Positions 27,199 to 35,737 of a stretch of 64,000 bases of DNA are shown here, piece after piece (the stretch's first letter is position 1; each line of letters begins with the position of its first letter). Made by a program: the position numbers and the translations under genes. Where the stretch lies: assembly GCA_964420405.1 (NCBI GenBank), contig CAYQTL010000006.1:11483-75482 (forward strand). The letters are read 5' to 3'. The notes under the pieces are model-generated. The model worked only from the letters and a program-made list of their open reading frames with translations. It made no database searches and was not told the DNA's origin. Source of the stretch: an uncultured Thermoanaerobaculia bacterium (GTDB taxonomy: Bacteria; Acidobacteriota; Thermoanaerobaculia; Thermoanaerobaculales; Sulfomarinibacteraceae).

Positions 27199-27981
27199 TC
27201 AGCGGTTCTGGTTGTTCTCGAAGAAGTCGAAGTCGACCGAGATGGCGGCGGCGAAGATCACCGCCTTCTGCTCGTCGGTCCAGCCGCCCTCGCCGAAGTC
27301 GACGCCGAAGTTGTCGGCGTCGGTGAAGTACTCGCGGCCGAGGCCGGACCACTTCTTGGCGATCATCGCCCGCTCCCGTCCGTCCGCGTCGAGGACCGGG
27401 AACGTCCAGATCCGGATGTGGCGGCTCTCGATGTGCGCGAAGACCTCGCCACGGGCGTCCTCGAGGTCGTACCGGCGGTTCAGGATCGCGAAGCGGCGCC
27501 GCACCCGCCCCAGCAGGCGTCCGGTGGGCCCCTTCACGTCGAGTGACGAGAACAGCAGGAAGAACGGCCGCTCGAGCGTCAGCACCACCTCGTCGGCCTC
27601 GGAGAGGACTGCGATCTCGAACGGTCGGTGCGAGCCCGCGACGATCCGGACGAGGGCGGCGCCGATGCCGGTGCCCTGCTCGACGATCGCGCCGAGCGGT
27701 CGCCGCATGGCGTCGGAGACGGCGTACTGGTTGCGCTGCTCGAGGTTGGCCAGGATCTCCCACCAGTGGCGGTGGTACTGCTCGATGTACAGGCGGTCGG
27801 CCTCGGAGATCATCCGGCGGAAGCCGAACGAGCCGAGGTCGCCGGCCGGCGCGACCGCCCGCGGCTGCCGGACCTCGGGATCCCGCACCTTGGCGAAGAT
27901 CACGCCGCACGCCTCGCACTCGGCGCCCGGCGCGCCCTGGTGGTGCCCGCACTTCGGGCACGTGCTCTCGACCCGGCTCAT
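27199..27981 (-). CDS. phospholipid-scramblase/LURP-one (PF03803-like) family protein with N-terminal zinc ribbon (260 aa)
   Basis: ATG 27981 after GGTGAGGA. N-terminal CPKCGHHQGAPGAECEACG (two CxxC). The body matches the scramblase pattern, including IAKKWSGLGREYFTDADNFGVDFGEGGWTDEQKAVIFAAAISVDFDFFE at the C-terminus. Confidence 0.8.
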   Translation of the reverse strand: MSRVESTCPKCGHHQGAPGAECEACGVIFAKVRDPEVRQPRAVAPAGDLGSFGFRRMISEADRLYIEQYHRHWWEILANLEQRNQYAVSDAMRRPLGAIVEQGTGIGAALVRIVAGSHRPFEIAVLSEADEVVLTLERPFFLLFSSLDVKGPTGRLLGRVRRRFAILNRRYDLEDARGEVFAHIESRHIRIWTFPVLDADGRERAMIAKKWSGLGREYFTDADNFGVDFGEGGWTDEQKAVIFAAAISVDFDFFENNQNR

Positions 27982-28081
27982 CGCATCCTCACCCGCACCA
28001 TCGCCCGTCTCCAGGCTACCAGAGACGGGTTGGGGGCGTCGGCCGTGCACCGGTTCGTGGGCCGCCACACCCTCCTCTCCC

Positions 28082-28200
28082 GATTCCGATCCCGATCCCG
28101 ATGGTGACGGCCGCCTTCAGCGGCAGCGACAGGAGACAGCGGCAGCGTCAGCGGCGGGGGACGGCGTCAACGGCTGAGGCGGGGGGAGCGACGGCAGCGT
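28082..28200 (+). repeat. (GATCCC)n element, copy E
   Basis: GATTCC GATCCC GATCCC GAT (28082..28102), followed by GGTGACGGCCGCCTTCAGCGGCAGCGACAGGAGACAGCGGCAGCGTCAGCGG, a right module like that of copy A. Lies in the divergent intergenic region. Confidence 0.7.
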
Positions 28201-28270
28201 GTCCCCTTTCCCGGCGGACCGGCGCGATCGGGTCCGAACGCGATCGAACCTACGGGAGGATCTGCGACCC

Positions 28271-31200
28271 ATGACCGACACACACCGTGCGCTGCACGTT
28301 TCCTTGTGGACCATGCTCGCGATCGCCCTGGCGGCGGGTGCCGCACGCGCACGGGCGGACTGCCCGCCCGATCCGCCGCCGCCCGACTGCGACAACAACG
28401 GGATGTTCGCCGGCGGGCGGTGGGAGCTGTCGGGGCTCTCGGGCACCTACACCCTCGCCGGCGACGAGGTGTTCTACCCGGACATCTTCTTCCCGGACTG
28501 GCAGGACGACTTCCACACCAGCGGCACGCTCACGGTGACGATGGGCGGCGGCCCGACCGAGAACTGGCTCGAGGTCGGGTGCGACGGCACCGTCACCGGC
28601 CAGCTCAAGGAGACCATCTCCGGCACCGTCGAGAAGATCGCCGACATCTCGTACTACGACCCGGTGACGTGTCCGTACCAGCCGGAGGACATGCTCTGGA
28701 ACCTCACGATCGAGCGGACCGTGGCCGTCACCGGCTCGGTCACCGGGACCGGCCAGCTCGACCTGGAGCTGTCGGTGGACACGGCGACCCTGGACTTCAA
28801 CGGCTCGCTCACTTTCGGGGTCGACTGCGTCGACTTCCACGGCACGGACTCCTTCCAGGACTTCGACCTCTCCGGCGACGTGGAGGAGATCCGGATGGCG
28901 GGGGGCTACGACCCGGTCGGCTGGAGGTACGAACCGACCATCACGCCGCTCGGCGCGACCACCTGGCTCGACGAGATCCTCCACCGGGTGGCCCTCAACG
29001 GAGGCCACCAGGGAACCGACGACACGGTGTTCGTGAACCCGACGCTCGACCCGCCGAACTCGACCCAGCCGCCGATCCAGTCCCACAACCTGTACCTGAT
29101 CCAGCACTCGGTGACGGTCACGGCCGAGTACCTGGAGGCCCAGGCCGAGCCCAAGGTGCCAGCGGTGACCTCGCTGGAGCTGCAGGAGCCCGCCCAGTAC
29201 CTGGCCGACGTCAGCGTGACGACTCGGGTGGTCGCCACCGTCGACTGGCGGGGCCTGACGCCGGGAACGGTGGAGTTCACCTACGGCGGGACGACCGAGA
29301 CGGTCCCGGGCGCGGACACCGTCACCTGGGATTTCGACGCCGGCCAGCCCGGCACGACCATCCAGGCCGTCGCCGAGGCTGGTGGCGAGCGCTCGCTGCC
29401 GTACGTCGTCAACACCCCCAAGGTGCCGGTCCCGGGCTGGGCCGGCTCGGCGTCCGACTGGAGCGGCAGCCCCGGAGTGAGCTACCGGGCGACGCTGGAC
29501 TGGCCGGTGTCGCTCGAGACCACCCGGACCCTCGACACGATCTCGCTGTTCACCGGCCCGTGGGGGATCTCCGGCTCGGCCTCCTCGGAGCTCAACGCCG
29601 CCGCCAGCTCGAGCGGCTCGCCCGCCGCCGGCGACATGACGACCCAGGCCGAGTTCCGGTTCGCGGGGCGCTCCGGCGCCTTCCACATGGAGGGACCCAA
29701 CGAGACCGTGCTCGCCTGCGACGGCCTCACGACGACCGGATCCGCCTCCGCCTCGACCTCCGGCGGCTCGTGGCAGAAGACCATCAATCCGCTGACGCTG
29801 ATTCCCGGCCTGGAGCCGGCGGTGTGCGGGCTCAGCGGCTTTTTGTGCGGTGTCGTCAACAGCGCGGGCGTCAAGGGCAGCGCGTCGGCATCGGTGACGG
29901 GCACCGCCACCTACACCGGCGCCGGCCCGGAGATCCTCTGGGACGGGGGCAGCGTCGGCGGCAGCCTGTCCGGCAAGATCGCCTTCGGAGCCTCCGTGCC
30001 GCCGCCGCTGTCGTCGGTGGCGGGGTTCGAGATCTACGGGTCCGCGACGGGCTGCCTCGAGTTCATGGTCGCGCCGTCGCTGGAGCTGACCGCGGTCGGC
30101 GGACACTTCGACGTCGAGGCCAGCGCGTGGTTCTTCGGCCTGGCGGCCGGGGTGGACGAGGACTTCCCGTTCGGCGATGCGTGCGCCAAGCAGACGCCGG
30201 ACGCCGCCGCCGCGTCGTCGTCGGGCTGGGTCCCGGCGGACGGCCAGCTGGCGATGGCGGCGGAGCGGGCCGGGGGGGTGCAGACCGGCATCGCGGTGTG
30301 GACCGAGACGCCCTCCGGCCAGGTCCGTCCTTCCGGGGACATCTGGTACCGGATCGAGACCGGCGGCGTCTGGGGACCGGGCATCCGGCTCACCGACGAC
30401 GCCGACTCCGACGTCGCACCGGCGGTCGATTTCGACGCGGCCGGTCGCGCGGTGATCGTGTACCAGCGCAGCACCGTGCCGCTGCCCGTCGTCCCTGCCG
30501 ACCTGCCGGCGTTCGCCGACGGCTACGAGCTGCACTGGGCGGCGATCGACCCGTCCACCGGTCTGACGGTCGGCGGCGGCCAGCTCACCGCCAACGGGTC
30601 GAACGACTTCGGCCCCCGCCTCCGGCGGGACGCCGCCGGCGGGCTGCACGTGTTCTGGCAGCGGGCGTCGGGCGTCGAGCTCGCCGGGACGGCGGCGGAT
30701 CCCGTCAGCATCCTGGCGGCGAGCTGGGACGCGTCGAGCGGCACCTGGAGCGGCGAGAGCGTCGCCGCCAGCGGCCTCGAGTCCACCTTCGGCTGGTCGC
30801 CCGCGGCCCACTCGGCCGACGACATGCTCGTGGGTCTCGTCGTGGACGTGGACGGCGACTTCGCCACCGCGGACGACCGCGAGGTCTTCCAGATCTCGAG
30901 GTCGTCCGGCTCCTGGGCGCTGCCGGTGCAGGTCACGTCGAACCTCGTGGCGGACGACTCGGTGCTGGCGGCGTTCGAGCCGGCCGGCGAGCCGGTGCTG
31001 CTGTGGCGGCGCGACGGCCAGGCGTGGCAGCTGCGGGGCGACCTGCACGGCCCGCCCGGGGCGGCCTTCACCTCGGCCGATCCGTCGGTGGACGACGGAA
31101 TCAGTGCCGCGCTCGGCGCCGGGACGATCGCCGCCGGGACCGACGGCGTGTCGGTCCTCTGGACCGAGGGCCTCGCGGCGAGCTTGACGCGCGAGAGTGC

Positions 31201-31441
31201 CGCTCCGCAGGGCTGGGAGGCGCCCACCTCGCCGTTCGCCACCGGCGACAGCGAGTCGGTCCACTTCCTGCGTTGGCTCGACGGCCGGCTGGTGGCGGGC
31301 TATGCGGTGCGGAGCTTCCAGAACGGCGCCGATCTCGCACCCACTGTGGAGCCCCGTTTCGCCGAGCTGCTGAACCCCGAGGTCTTCCGCGACGGGTTCG
31401 AGAGCGGGGACACCGGCCTCTGGAGCGTCGCGGTCCCGTGA
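28271..31441 (+). CDS. very large secreted protein of unknown function (1056 aa) with C-terminal GFESGD tag
   Basis: ATG 28271 after GGGAGGA. Signal peptide MTDTHRALHVSLWTMLAIALAAGAARARA followed by DCPPDPPPPDC. The C-terminal third has repeated blade-like units (IWYRIETGGVWGPGIRLTDD.., AVIVYQRS, LHVFWQRAS, PVLLWRRDG), suggesting a beta-propeller. Ends VFRDGFESGDTGLWSVAVP. Confidence 0.85.
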   Translation: MTDTHRALHVSLWTMLAIALAAGAARARADCPPDPPPPDCDNNGMFAGGRWELSGLSGTYTLAGDEVFYPDIFFPDWQDDFHTSGTLTVTMGGGPTENWLEVGCDGTVTGQLKETISGTVEKIADISYYDPVTCPYQPEDMLWNLTIERTVAVTGSVTGTGQLDLELSVDTATLDFNGSLTFGVDCVDFHGTDSFQDFDLSGDVEEIRMAGGYDPVGWRYEPTITPLGATTWLDEILHRVALNGGHQGTDDTVFVNPTLDPPNSTQPPIQSHNLYLIQHSVTVTAEYLEAQAEPKVPAVTSLELQEPAQYLADVSVTTRVVATVDWRGLTPGTVEFTYGGTTETVPGADTVTWDFDAGQPGTTIQAVAEAGGERSLPYVVNTPKVPVPGWAGSASDWSGSPGVSYRATLDWPVSLETTRTLDTISLFTGPWGISGSASSELNAAASSSGSPAAGDMTTQAEFRFAGRSGAFHMEGPNETVLACDGLTTTGSASASTSGGSWQKTINPLTLIPGLEPAVCGLSGFLCGVVNSAGVKGSASASVTGTATYTGAGPEILWDGGSVGGSLSGKIAFGASVPPPLSSVAGFEIYGSATGCLEFMVAPSLELTAVGGHFDVEASAWFFGLAAGVDEDFPFGDACAKQTPDAAAASSSGWVPADGQLAMAAERAGGVQTGIAVWTETPSGQVRPSGDIWYRIETGGVWGPGIRLTDDADSDVAPAVDFDAAGRAVIVYQRSTVPLPVVPADLPAFADGYELHWAAIDPSTGLTVGGGQLTANGSNDFGPRLRRDAAGGLHVFWQRASGVELAGTAADPVSILAASWDASSGTWSGESVAASGLESTFGWSPAAHSADDMLVGLVVDVDGDFATADDREVFQISRSSGSWALPVQVTSNLVADDSVLAAFEPAGEPVLLWRRDGQAWQLRGDLHGPPGAAFTSADPSVDDGISAALGAGTIAAGTDGVSVLWTEGLAASLTRESAAPQGWEAPTSPFATGDSESVHFLRWLDGRLVAGYAVRSFQNGADLAPTVEPRFAELLNPEVFRDGFESGDTGLWSVAVP

Positions 31442-31677
31442 CGGCGGCGGGAGACGGCCGCCCCGGCCGGCGCGGATGCCGGCCGGGGCGCCGCCTCCCG
31501 GAGCAATCGTGCGCGGCGCGCGGCGCACCTCGTCGGACCGGATACCGCGGTGCGGCGTGATGGACCCGTCACGCAACGGTGAGGCGGTGTGGACGTGCAC
31601 GTCATGCCAGATCAGAGACATGGTCGCATTCTCGTGTGTAGGCGCCAGCCGGAATCGGGCGCCGAAAGGAGAATGTC

Positions 31678-32556
31678 ATGTCGTGTGTGCACCCGGACCA
31701 TCATCCCTCCCGGAGCGGACGTCGCCGGATCCTCCGAGGTCTCGCCGCCGCCGGGATCATCTGTGCCGTGGCGGGAGGCGCTGCGCCGGCCTGGTCCGAC
31801 GCCGGCCTCGAGAGGGCGCGCTACTCGGCCGATCCGATCCACGACTTCGGCACGTTCGGGGACGTCACGGAGAAGGTCTCCGGCGACAAGCTGGTGACCA
31901 ACCTCCCGCCGGCCTCCGCCATCGACCGCGACATCGGGGCCTCGGTCGACATCCGCTACGATCCGCGCGTCGCCCCGTGGTACCCGCCGGTGATCTGCGC
32001 CTCGACCAACTACGCCGACGGCCTCGTCAGGATGACCTATCAGTCGAACTCCGTCTCCAACGGTGTCCGGGTCATCTCCCTCACCGCCGACGAGCACAAG
32101 CTGAAGGACCTCTCCGAGGCCCGGACCTACGTCATCCGGTGCGACGCCAACGGCTCGGACGAGGTCGAGTGGGAGATCCGCCCCTACCAGGGCCCGAACT
32201 ACATCGCGAGCATCGGGATCCAGCCCGGCTCGCCGCGCCCCGGCGACCTGGTGGAGTTCGAGATCAGTCTGAGCGAGCCGGTGTCGGCGTCCGGCGGCCA
32301 GACCATCGCGTGGAGGCTCGTTCCCGGCGGCTCGTTCGAAGGCGTCCGCGGCGGCGCCCGCTACAGCGGCGGCGACGTCAACACCGTGACGATTCCCGCC
32401 GGGCAGCAGATCACCCGACTCACGGTGCGGGTGAGCTCGTCGGCCCGTCCTGGCACCGCGACCCTCCAGACCTGGGCGGACGACCAAGCGGACTCCTACC
32501 AGGAGCCGTACTTCCAGAGCCGGACCTTCCGGATCAGGGAGCCGAGCCGCCGTTGA
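31678..32556 (+). CDS. Tat-signal secreted protein of unknown function (292 aa)
   Basis: ATG after GAAAGGAGAA. Twin-arginine signal SRSGRRRILRGLAAAGIICAVAGGAAPAWS. The C-terminal region (TVTIPAGQQITRLTVRVSSS) is reminiscent of a Calx-beta-like sandwich. Confidence 0.8.
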   Translation: MSCVHPDHHPSRSGRRRILRGLAAAGIICAVAGGAAPAWSDAGLERARYSADPIHDFGTFGDVTEKVSGDKLVTNLPPASAIDRDIGASVDIRYDPRVAPWYPPVICASTNYADGLVRMTYQSNSVSNGVRVISLTADEHKLKDLSEARTYVIRCDANGSDEVEWEIRPYQGPNYIASIGIQPGSPRPGDLVEFEISLSEPVSASGGQTIAWRLVPGGSFEGVRGGARYSGGDVNTVTIPAGQQITRLTVRVSSSARPGTATLQTWADDQADSYQEPYFQSRTFRIREPSRR

Positions 32557-32664
32557 GACGGCCCGGGGCACGGGCGGCGGAGGCCGGGCGCTCGACGGGC
32601 GCCCGGTCTCGCGACCCGGTCGCCCTCGTCGGGATGGACCTCCCGGTGCCGTGGGCCCCGGCGG

Positions 32665-34284
32665 TCACCCTCCCTCCGCGACAGCGCGGGCGGCGAGGCG
32701 GCCGGTGAGGACGCAGCTGCCGAGGAAGGTCCCCTCGAGGGAGCCCTTGCCGTGGATGCCGCCGCCGCCGAAACCTGCGGTCTCGCCGACGGCGTACAGC
32801 CCCGGGATCGGCTCGCCGGAGGTGGCGAGCACGCGGCACCGGAGGTCGGTCTGGAGGCCGCCGAGGCTCTTGCGGCTGAGGATGAACTCGCGGATCGCGA
32901 TCAGGGGTCGCGCCTTCGGGTCATCGATCCGCTGGAAGGCGCAGGTCCGGAGGCGGTCGCCCTTGTAGGTGCGGAAGCTCGCGATCCGGCGCAGCTGGTC
33001 GTCGTTGAAGTAGCGCCTGCCGCGTTCGATCTGGGAGTCGTAGGCGCGGATGTCGGCCGCCATCCCGTCCCGGTCGAGCACCGCGCCTTCGAGCGACATG
33101 GCCTCCATTCGGTCCATCAGCTCCGGCAGGGAGTCGGCAGCGACGACATCCTCGCTCTCGTCGACGAGGCGACGCACGAGCGCGGCGTTTCCAAGCAGCA
33201 GGTGCGTGACGAGCAGCAGCTTCCTCTTGTGGCGGAAGGCGGTCATGAAGTCGCAGCCCGACACCGCGAGCTCCTTGATCGCGATCTTCCAGTTCATGAC
33301 CTGCCAGGAGTACTGCGCCGGCGTCCGGCAGATCTGCTCGACCACCCAGCGCGTGTCGGTGTACCCCATCAGCGGGACCGGGCCGAACCGGCGGCCCGTG
33401 GCGTCGAGCCAGAGCGCGGAGCGCGGCGGCACGAGGGAGACGCCCTCGGCGGGCGACGCGGCGTCGCGATGCCGGATGCCGGCGGCGTAGTGCCACTGCA
33501 GGTCGAGATGCGTCACGGCGGCGCCGTGTGCGGCCGCCGCGTCGTGAAGCAGGCCGTCGGCGAAACGGTGCGACCCGTTCAGGAGCGTCGACGGCGGAGG
33601 CCCCCACGGGGCGTACCAGTGGGCCCGGACCCGGCTGAGGTCGCCGCCGCAGATCCCGCCGGAGGCGAGCACGACGTGCCCGGCCCGGACCTCGAACTCA
33701 CGGCCGTCCTCCTCGAGGGCGCCGGCGCAGCCGACCACCCGCCCGCCCTCCACGAGCAGCCGCTCGACCCGATGCCCGAACCGCACCTCGAACCGGTCGC
33801 GGTGCCGGTGACCGTCGAGGGCTCCCCGGACGGCCTCGACGATGGCGTGCCCGGTCCCCCACGCGATGTGCCAGCGGGGTATGGAGTTGCCGGGGACGAA
33901 GAGCCCCCGCTCGGCCCAGTTGACGACCGGCAGGAACTCGACCCCGAGCCGGTCGAGCCACTCGTACACCAGCTCCGTGGAGCGCTCGACGTAGCACCGG
34001 GCCCAGCGCCGCGGCCACTCGTCGCCGTCGCCGAAGTCGGCGAAGCTCAGCCAGTCCAACCAGGCGAGCTCGGGCGTGTCCCGGATCTTCAGCTTTCGCT
34101 GGTGCGGGGTGTCGACGAACATCACGCCGCCGAAGGAGCGCGCCGCGAGCCCGCCGAAGCGTTCCTCGGCGTCGCGGTCGAGCAGCAGCACCCGGAAGCC
34201 CAGGTCGAGGAGCTCGCAGGCGGTGGCGAGGCCGGCGAGGCCGCCCCCGGCGATCACGACGTCGGCGCGGTAGGTGTCGGCCAT
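32665..34284 (-). CDS. FAD-binding dehydrogenase (fumarate reductase/succinate dehydrogenase flavoprotein-like, COG3573-type)
   Basis: N-terminal DVVIAGGGLAGLATACEL dinucleotide motif. C-terminal GLYAVGETAGFGGGGIHG. 539 aa. A possible promoter TTGACA lies at 34337..34332. Confidence 0.9.
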   Translation of the reverse strand: MADTYRADVVIAGGGLAGLATACELLDLGFRVLLLDRDAEERFGGLAARSFGGVMFVDTPHQRKLKIRDTPELAWLDWLSFADFGDGDEWPRRWARCYVERSTELVYEWLDRLGVEFLPVVNWAERGLFVPGNSIPRWHIAWGTGHAIVEAVRGALDGHRHRDRFEVRFGHRVERLLVEGGRVVGCAGALEEDGREFEVRAGHVVLASGGICGGDLSRVRAHWYAPWGPPPSTLLNGSHRFADGLLHDAAAAHGAAVTHLDLQWHYAAGIRHRDAASPAEGVSLVPPRSALWLDATGRRFGPVPLMGYTDTRWVVEQICRTPAQYSWQVMNWKIAIKELAVSGCDFMTAFRHKRKLLLVTHLLLGNAALVRRLVDESEDVVAADSLPELMDRMEAMSLEGAVLDRDGMAADIRAYDSQIERGRRYFNDDQLRRIASFRTYKGDRLRTCAFQRIDDPKARPLIAIREFILSRKSLGGLQTDLRCRVLATSGEPIPGLYAVGETAGFGGGGIHGKGSLEGTFLGSCVLTGRLAARAVAEGG

Positions 34285-34386
34285 CGGTCCTCCCGGAATG
34301 TCCCTTCATCCGTACCAACGGGTTGCGCGGCTGTCAATCGGGGCTGGGTCGCCGGCGGCCGCCGCGAGGCAGGCGCCGGGGCGCCG

Positions 34387-35610
34387 TCACCCGACCGCGT
34401 CGGACCATCCGTCGAGGGTGCCCGACTCGAACCCGTCGCGGGCCAGGGGGAAGAGGATGCCCACCACCACGCCCTCGACGACCGTCAGACCGTACGGGAT
34501 CTCGTCCGGCAGGAGGTACCAACCATCGTAGGCGCCTCCCCACCCGAAGTTGAGATGGAACCGGCCGTCGCCGGAGTCGTAGCCGTCCACGACGAGGTTG
34601 TGGCCCGACTGGCCCGCGGGATCCACCACCGCCAGGTGCGCGGGTCGGCCGTGACGAATCTCGGCCTCCAGCAGGTGGTACAGCTCCGGATCCGTGTCGT
34701 CGAGGAGGACCACGTCCGTCTCGCCGAAGCGGAGGTAGGCGTCGAGAGCCTGTCCGACCCCGAAGGTGCCGGACACCGACGAGGTGAACACCTGCCGTGA
34801 CGCGACGCCGCACGCGAAGACGAGCGCCGCCGCTCCCTCGCCGGTGGCATCGTCTCCGTCCGCCCAACCCTGCTCCAGCGCCGCGAGGCTGGCGGACAGC
34901 TCGGCAAAGGAGGGGAACCCGTGGGAGGCATGGTCGTCGTCGATCCAGTAGTTCCGACCCGCGTAGAGGTGGTGGTAGTCGTCGCCGTCTCCGAGCGCCG
35001 TCCAGTGGTGGTGGCGGTGGTGGTTGACGATCTGGGCCATGGCGACGGCCGGGCACCCGGCCACGCTGCGGGCGGATGTCACCGGGTCGAGCGGGCACTG
35101 CGCGTTGTAGGGCGCGGTCTGGCTCCATTGCGTGGCGACCCAGCCGCCGGTCGGCGTGGAGCCGGCGGGCGGCCAGACCTGGGACGATGGCGACCGGAGG
35201 GGTGCCTGCCCGGAGGCGAGGCGCCGCCAGGCGTCGCGGCGTCCGGCGAGCATGTGCGCCGGGAGGTGAACGACCTGGTCGAGCCTCGTCGCGATGTCGG
35301 CGGCGAGCAGGGCCAGCACCGCCTCGGCGCCCATGCCCTCGGCGGGCGCGAATCCGGTGAGCGAGTAGCCGATGACGGGCGGCAGGGAGTCGTCCCCCGC
35401 AACGACCACGAACCCGGCGGGCTCGAGCTCGGCGACGTGGAACGACGGGAGGGCTCCTGCCGGGAACGACCGGACCGCCGTCACCGTCCGGTTCGGGCCG
35501 GCGGTCGTCGCCGCGACCCGGGCGGCGAGGGAGCCGCAGACCGGTGCGGCGGAGACGGTCGACAACGGAGCCGTCGCAAGGATGGCAATCCACAGAGGCG
35601 CAGCTCGCAT
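34387..35610 (-). CDS. peptidase C10 (streptopain/SpeB-like) family cysteine protease with C-terminal GFESGD tag (407 aa)
   Basis: Internal ATG 35610. Signal peptide MRAAPLWIAILATAPLSTVSAAP. WSQTAPYNAQCP...AGCPAVAMAQIVNHH (catalytic Cys region) and SGHNLVVDGYDS (catalytic His region) match C10 motifs. Ends LARDGFESGTLDGWSDAVG. Confidence 0.85.
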   Translation of the reverse strand: MRAAPLWIAILATAPLSTVSAAPVCGSLAARVAATTAGPNRTVTAVRSFPAGALPSFHVAELEPAGFVVVAGDDSLPPVIGYSLTGFAPAEGMGAEAVLALLAADIATRLDQVVHLPAHMLAGRRDAWRRLASGQAPLRSPSSQVWPPAGSTPTGGWVATQWSQTAPYNAQCPLDPVTSARSVAGCPAVAMAQIVNHHRHHHWTALGDGDDYHHLYAGRNYWIDDDHASHGFPSFAELSASLAALEQGWADGDDATGEGAAALVFACGVASRQVFTSSVSGTFGVGQALDAYLRFGETDVVLLDDTDPELYHLLEAEIRHGRPAHLAVVDPAGQSGHNLVVDGYDSGDGRFHLNFGWGGAYDGWYLLPDEIPYGLTVVEGVVVGILFPLARDGFESGTLDGWSDAVG

Positions 35611-35631
35611 GAGTGGGCCCTCTCGCGCGAC

Positions 35632-35662
35632 ACTATAGCCGAGGCCATGACCCAGCGGTCGA
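35632..35662 (-). promoter_or_regulatory. candidate sigma-70-type promoter for the C10 peptidase gene
   Basis: On the reverse strand, TCGACC-N19-TATAGT with the -10 hexamer (35637..35632) 21 nt upstream of the ATG. An AT-rich hexamer is conspicuous in this GC-rich context. The spacing is not ideal. Confidence 0.3.
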
Positions 35663-35737
35663 GGGGCACCGACGGCGCCGGCGCGGTGGGACGGTGGGGA
35701 GGGGGTCGGCTTCGCGGCGCCGCGCGGCGCGCGTCCG

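Noticed and set aside
21638-28102. Possibility that the repeated GATCCC arrays are a CRISPR array
   Set aside because: The repeat unit is 6 nt with no spacers. The copies are kilobases apart and separated by ordinary genes, and no cas genes are present.
29140-29175. TGGCAC-containing sequence (reverse strand TGGCACCTTGGGCTCG) as a sigma-54 promoter
   Set aside because: It lies inside and antisense to a long coding gene with no gene to drive, and the -12 element is poor.
28250-31621. 1123-aa reverse ORF and 1084-aa alternative forward ORF over 28.2-31.6 kb
   Set aside because: Both are Arg/Gly/Pro/Asp-rich and lack any start context. The 28271..31441 frame has an SD sequence, a signal peptide and diverse amino-acid usage.
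35611-35737. A sigma-54 promoter for the C10 peptidase gene downstream of the EBP gene
   Set aside because: No GG-N10-GC element with TGGCAC/TTGC character was found in the 127-nt gap. Only a sigma-70-like TATAGT hexamer is present.
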